Shown here: positions 61,107 through 64,000 of the stretch, one piece after another
Layout of the letters: each line of letters begins with the position of its first letter
How positions within the stretch are numbered: the first letter of the stretch is position 1
Assembly: GCA_963771275.1 (NCBI GenBank)
Contig: CAVYSW010000005.1
Coordinates: forward strand, 1-64,000
DNA length: 64,000 nt
Direction: 5' to 3'
Source: an uncultured Gemmatimonadales bacterium
Lineage (GTDB): Bacteria > Gemmatimonadota > Gemmatimonadetes > Gemmatimonadales > GWC2-71-9
Notes under the pieces: generated by a model
Databases searched by the model: none
What the model was told of the DNA's origin: nothing
Seen by the model: the letters and a program-made list of their open reading frames with translations, nothing else
Translations under genes and position numbers: made by a program

Positions 61107-63443
61107 CTAGATCCGGTACAGGTAGCTGAGCTTGAGGAAGAACCCGTCGCCCGTGCGCGCGAGACTGCGGAATTGGAACGGGTCCGGCTCGCTGAGGCTG
61201 CTGCCGTAGCCCGCGAAGAAGACGGTGCCGGGTGTGGGGCGGTAGGAGAACAGCCAGTCGATCCGCAGGTCGTTGCGCGCGGTCCGCACGGCCCGCACGT
61301 AGCCGCCCGACGCCGCGTCGAACAGCAGGATCGGCTGGTCGGTACGCGAGTTGTCGCGCAGCGCGTCCCGCAGCTCGGCATCGTACTGGCCCACGAACCG
61401 CAGGACGATCGCGCGCGCGAGCTGGTACTCCAGCTTGAGCCGTGGCACGCGGCGGATGCCCACCGTGCTCCAGTCGTCCGGCCGGATGTACTGCTGGTGA
61501 TTGTAGAGCACGTTGACGCGGAGCTGCTCCGACGGCCGCCACGTGAGATCCACGCTCCCGATCACGATGTTGGCGGGCGCCCACTCGTAGAAGTTCTCGT
61601 CCCGTCCCACGATCAGGTAGGCGTCCGCCGAGAACGTCTGGAACCGCGGTGTCGCCACGTTGAGCGCCAGATCGAGATTGTACAGCCGGTGGGTGCCCGT
61701 GAACGGGACGGTGTCGGTCGCGCCGCCGACGGTGCGCTCGACGGCGTACGTCGTGTACAGCTCCGCCGGATACATGAACGACTCCAGCAGCAGCGACGCG
61801 CCGAGCTCCCAGCCGCCACGCAGCGTGACGCCCGTGTTGAAGTGGAGCCGGGGGTCGTTGGGGATCGTGCCGTCGAAGAACCGCGCGTAGTCCCAGTGGC
61901 CGTCGAGCAGGAGATTGCCGGTCCAGCGCTCCACGCCCGCGCCCGGCCGGCCGTACGTCGTGTAGCTCGGCGAGATGCCGAAGTAGACGATGTCGCCGCG
62001 CGACAAGAACCCGCTCCCGGCCTGGAAGTCGTCCGCGAACCCCCGGAACGAGACGTTGAGGCCGAACGCGCGTCCCGCGCGGTTCAGTGCGAGGTACCAG
62101 AACGGTCCCCAAACGGTCTCCCCCGCCGCGCGGGTGGCGCTTCCCCCGCCCTGGAAGGTCAGGGCGGTGGTCCGTCCCAGCAGCAGCCGCCCGTCCACGG
62201 CGCCGACCCGGTTGAACGCGCCGCCCTCGATGCGATCGGTGTAGGCGAGCCCTACCATGCTCTGGGCGCCGAGGTCGTGCCGCACGCGCACCAGGCTGTA
62301 GACTGGATTGGTTTCGCCGGAGCTGGAGCCGCCGCGGCCGTCCACGCCCGACAGCAGCGCGACCGAGGTGCCCGCGATCTTGCCGCCGAGCTCGACGGCC
62401 GCGACGGGGTCCGCGAGCCGCCGCGTGTAGATCAGCTGGGTGGGCGTGCGGAACAGCTCGAGGCCGTCCAGGAAGAACGGCCGCTTCTCGGGGAAGTAGA
62501 GCGCCTCGCGTGGATCGAACTGCAGCTGGGCCACGTCCGCCTCGACCTGCGAGTAGTCCGGGTTCGCCGTGCCGTTCAGCGTGAGGTTGTTGGTGATCCC
62601 CCAGCGCGCGGTCATCCCGGCGGCCGGCGCGCCCCCGCCGTAGTCCCAGCCATCGGGCGAGGGGGTGCCGGCGATCGTGGAGGTCGCCTCCGGGGTCACG
62701 TCGAGCACGAGCCCGCGGCGCAGCCCGGTGAGCCCCGTGAGGGTGCCGCCCTGGGCGAGGAACGACGCCTCGGCCTGCAGCACGCGCGTCCACGTCTGCT
62801 CGTGGCCGGACGCGTGCACCCGGCGCAGGATGTTGAGCCCCCAGTCCTGCGGGTCGGCCGACTGGTAGCGCAGCGTCTTGAAGGGAATCCGGATTTCCAC
62901 GTCGTAGCCGGTCGCGGTCACGCGGCCGCGCGACTCGAACACGAAGTCCTGGCTCAGGTCGATCGCGTAGGCGCCCGTCGCGGCGGCCGACAGCATGGTC
63001 GCCCCCTGCCGCGCGGCGTCCTGCAGCGTGCCGTCCGCCTGCACGCCGAACGGATTCACGGCGAACAGCAGCGCCTGGCGCCGGTCGTTGAACGTGTCGA
63101 GCAGGATCTGCACGTGATCGTCGCCCGCGATCCGGTCGCGGTCGGCGACCGTCGCGCGCACGCTCGCCGAGTCCTGCCACGCGCGGATCCCGAAGTAGAT
63201 CGCGGTGGGGGAGTACCACACGAGCGCGGTGGTGGAGTCGCCGGCGGGCCGGTCGTCCACGGGGAGATACTGCCAGAATCCGCGGAGCCGGGCCGCCCGC
63301 TGCCACACCGGCTCGTCCAGCACGCCGTCGATCACGGCGCGGGCATCGGGGATGCGCGGAATCGGGATGGCCGCGGTGGAATCGGACGGTGTTGCGGGGG
63401 AGAGGAGTGCCGCGATGCCCACGAGCTCGACAAGCGTCAGCAC
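61107..63443 (-). CDS. CBM9-like plus DUF5916 outer-membrane protein
   Basis: IDGVLDEPVW, LLDTFNDRR, NPDYSQVEAD and FPEKRPFFL; C-terminal FFLKLSYLYRI beta-strand; GGAGG RBS. Confidence 0.88.
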   Translation of the reverse strand: MLTLVELVGIAALLSPATPSDSTAAIPIPRIPDARAVIDGVLDEPVWQRAARLRGFWQYLPVDDRPAGDSTTALVWYSPTAIYFGIRAWQDSASVRATVADRDRIAGDDHVQILLDTFNDRRQALLFAVNPFGVQADGTLQDAARQGATMLSAAATGAYAIDLSQDFVFESRGRVTATGYDVEIRIPFKTLRYQSADPQDWGLNILRRVHASGHEQTWTRVLQAEASFLAQGGTLTGLTGLRRGLVLDVTPEATSTIAGTPSPDGWDYGGGAPAAGMTARWGITNNLTLNGTANPDYSQVEADVAQLQFDPREALYFPEKRPFFLDGLELFRTPTQLIYTRRLADPVAAVELGGKIAGTSVALLSGVDGRGGSSSGETNPVYSLVRVRHDLGAQSMVGLAYTDRIEGGAFNRVGAVDGRLLLGRTTALTFQGGGSATRAAGETVWGPFWYLALNRAGRAFGLNVSFRGFADDFQAGSGFLSRGDIVYFGISPSYTTYGRPGAGVERWTGNLLLDGHWDYARFFDGTIPNDPRLHFNTGVTLRGGWELGASLLLESFMYPAELYTTYAVERTVGGATDTVPFTGTHRLYNLDLALNVATPRFQTFSADAYLIVGRDENFYEWAPANIVIGSVDLTWRPSEQLRVNVLYNHQQYIRPDDWSTVGIRRVPRLKLEYQLARAIVLRFVGQYDAELRDALRDNSRTDQPILLFDAASGGYVRAVRTARNDLRIDWLFSYRPTPGTVFFAGYGSSLSEPDPFQFRSLARTGDGFFLKLSYLYRI

Positions 63444-63556
63444 GCGCCGTCCTCCTGGCAGAGCCGTAAGCTTACCTACGGGGCGCGCGGAGCGGCGGAT
63501 CCAGCTGCCGGCTGGCGGACGGGCGGTGGCGGCGGCAAGATTGTCCGTATTCCATC

Positions 63557-64000
63557 ATGGGCAAACGCGCGCGCTCCGAATACCGACCCAGCCTGCTGGC
63601 GCGGCTGCTGTGGCCGGTCACGGCCTACCTCGTGACCAACCTCAGCGTCGCCCTGCTCTGGCTGCTGTTCTTCGTGCTCAACCGGACCACCGTCCACGGC
63701 CGGCACAACGTCGGCGACCGGCGCAACACGCTGCTGATCGCCAACCACCAGTCCATGATCGACAGCTTCCTGATCGGCATGGGCGTCTACTTCCCGAAGT
63801 CCCTGATCCGGCCCCACCTGCTGCCGTGGAACCCGGCCGCCACGGAGAACTTCTTCCGCGGGTGGCTGCGCGCGTGGCTCGCCTACAACTGGCGCTGCAT
63901 TCCGGTGCGGGAGGGCCGCCGCGACCCGCGGGCGCTGCGGCGCCTGACGGAGGTGTTGCCGAACGGCGTGATGATCCTGTTCCCGGAGGGCACCCGGACG
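63557..64000 (+). CDS. Lysophospholipid acyltransferase (PlsC-like), runs off the window end
   Basis: Manual translation gives ANHQSMID (HxxxxD) and ILFPEGTR. Confidence 0.88.
   Translation, partial: MGKRARSEYRPSLLARLLWPVTAYLVTNLSVALLWLLFFVLNRTTVHGRHNVGDRRNTLLIANHQSMIDSFLIGMGVYFPKSLIRPHLLPWNPAATENFFRGWLRAWLAYNWRCIPVREGRRDPRALRRLTEVLPNGVMILFPEGTRT

Noticed and set aside
61015..63306. 1173-aa ORF apparently extending the esterase
   Set aside because: It overlaps the DUF5916 gene out of frame. The esterase has its own signal peptide from 61014.

Overview
GC-rich bacterial DNA (judged by eye). The gene content is typical of Gemmatimonadota: Ser/Thr kinase-TolB-N/TPR proteins, membrane-anchored SARP/BTAD regulators, many lipoproteins and S9/M3 peptidases. 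This taxonomic call is an inference. About 45 CDS or fragments are supportable. They include an amidohydrolase bounded by integron attC-like inverted repeats, two toxin-antitoxin pairs (MenAT1-like and VapBC) flanking a Dcp peptidase, and a frameshifted DUF2891 gene. Two tandem modules pair a transmembrane SARP regulator with a divergent lipoprotein gene. Also present are an XRE/ABM/Hsp20 stress block, a peptidoglycan-binding protein coupled to a His/Cys-dyad protein, a kinase-BRCT gene next to a DUF2779-like nuclease, glgB, an RND pump, a DUF305-LVIVD pair, a dba-dsbI pair, cfa and a maltodextrin cluster. I recognised no rRNA, tRNA, CRISPR array, transposase or intact integrase. The strongest candidate for an undescribed system is the SARP-lipoprotein module: both divergent promoters carry nAC(G/A)(C/G)C repeats at 11-bp pitch, with the last AC exactly 12 bp before a ccTAnnnT -10 box. 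The kinase-BRCT/DUF2779 pair comes next. All family assignments come from motif recognition by eye, not database searches.
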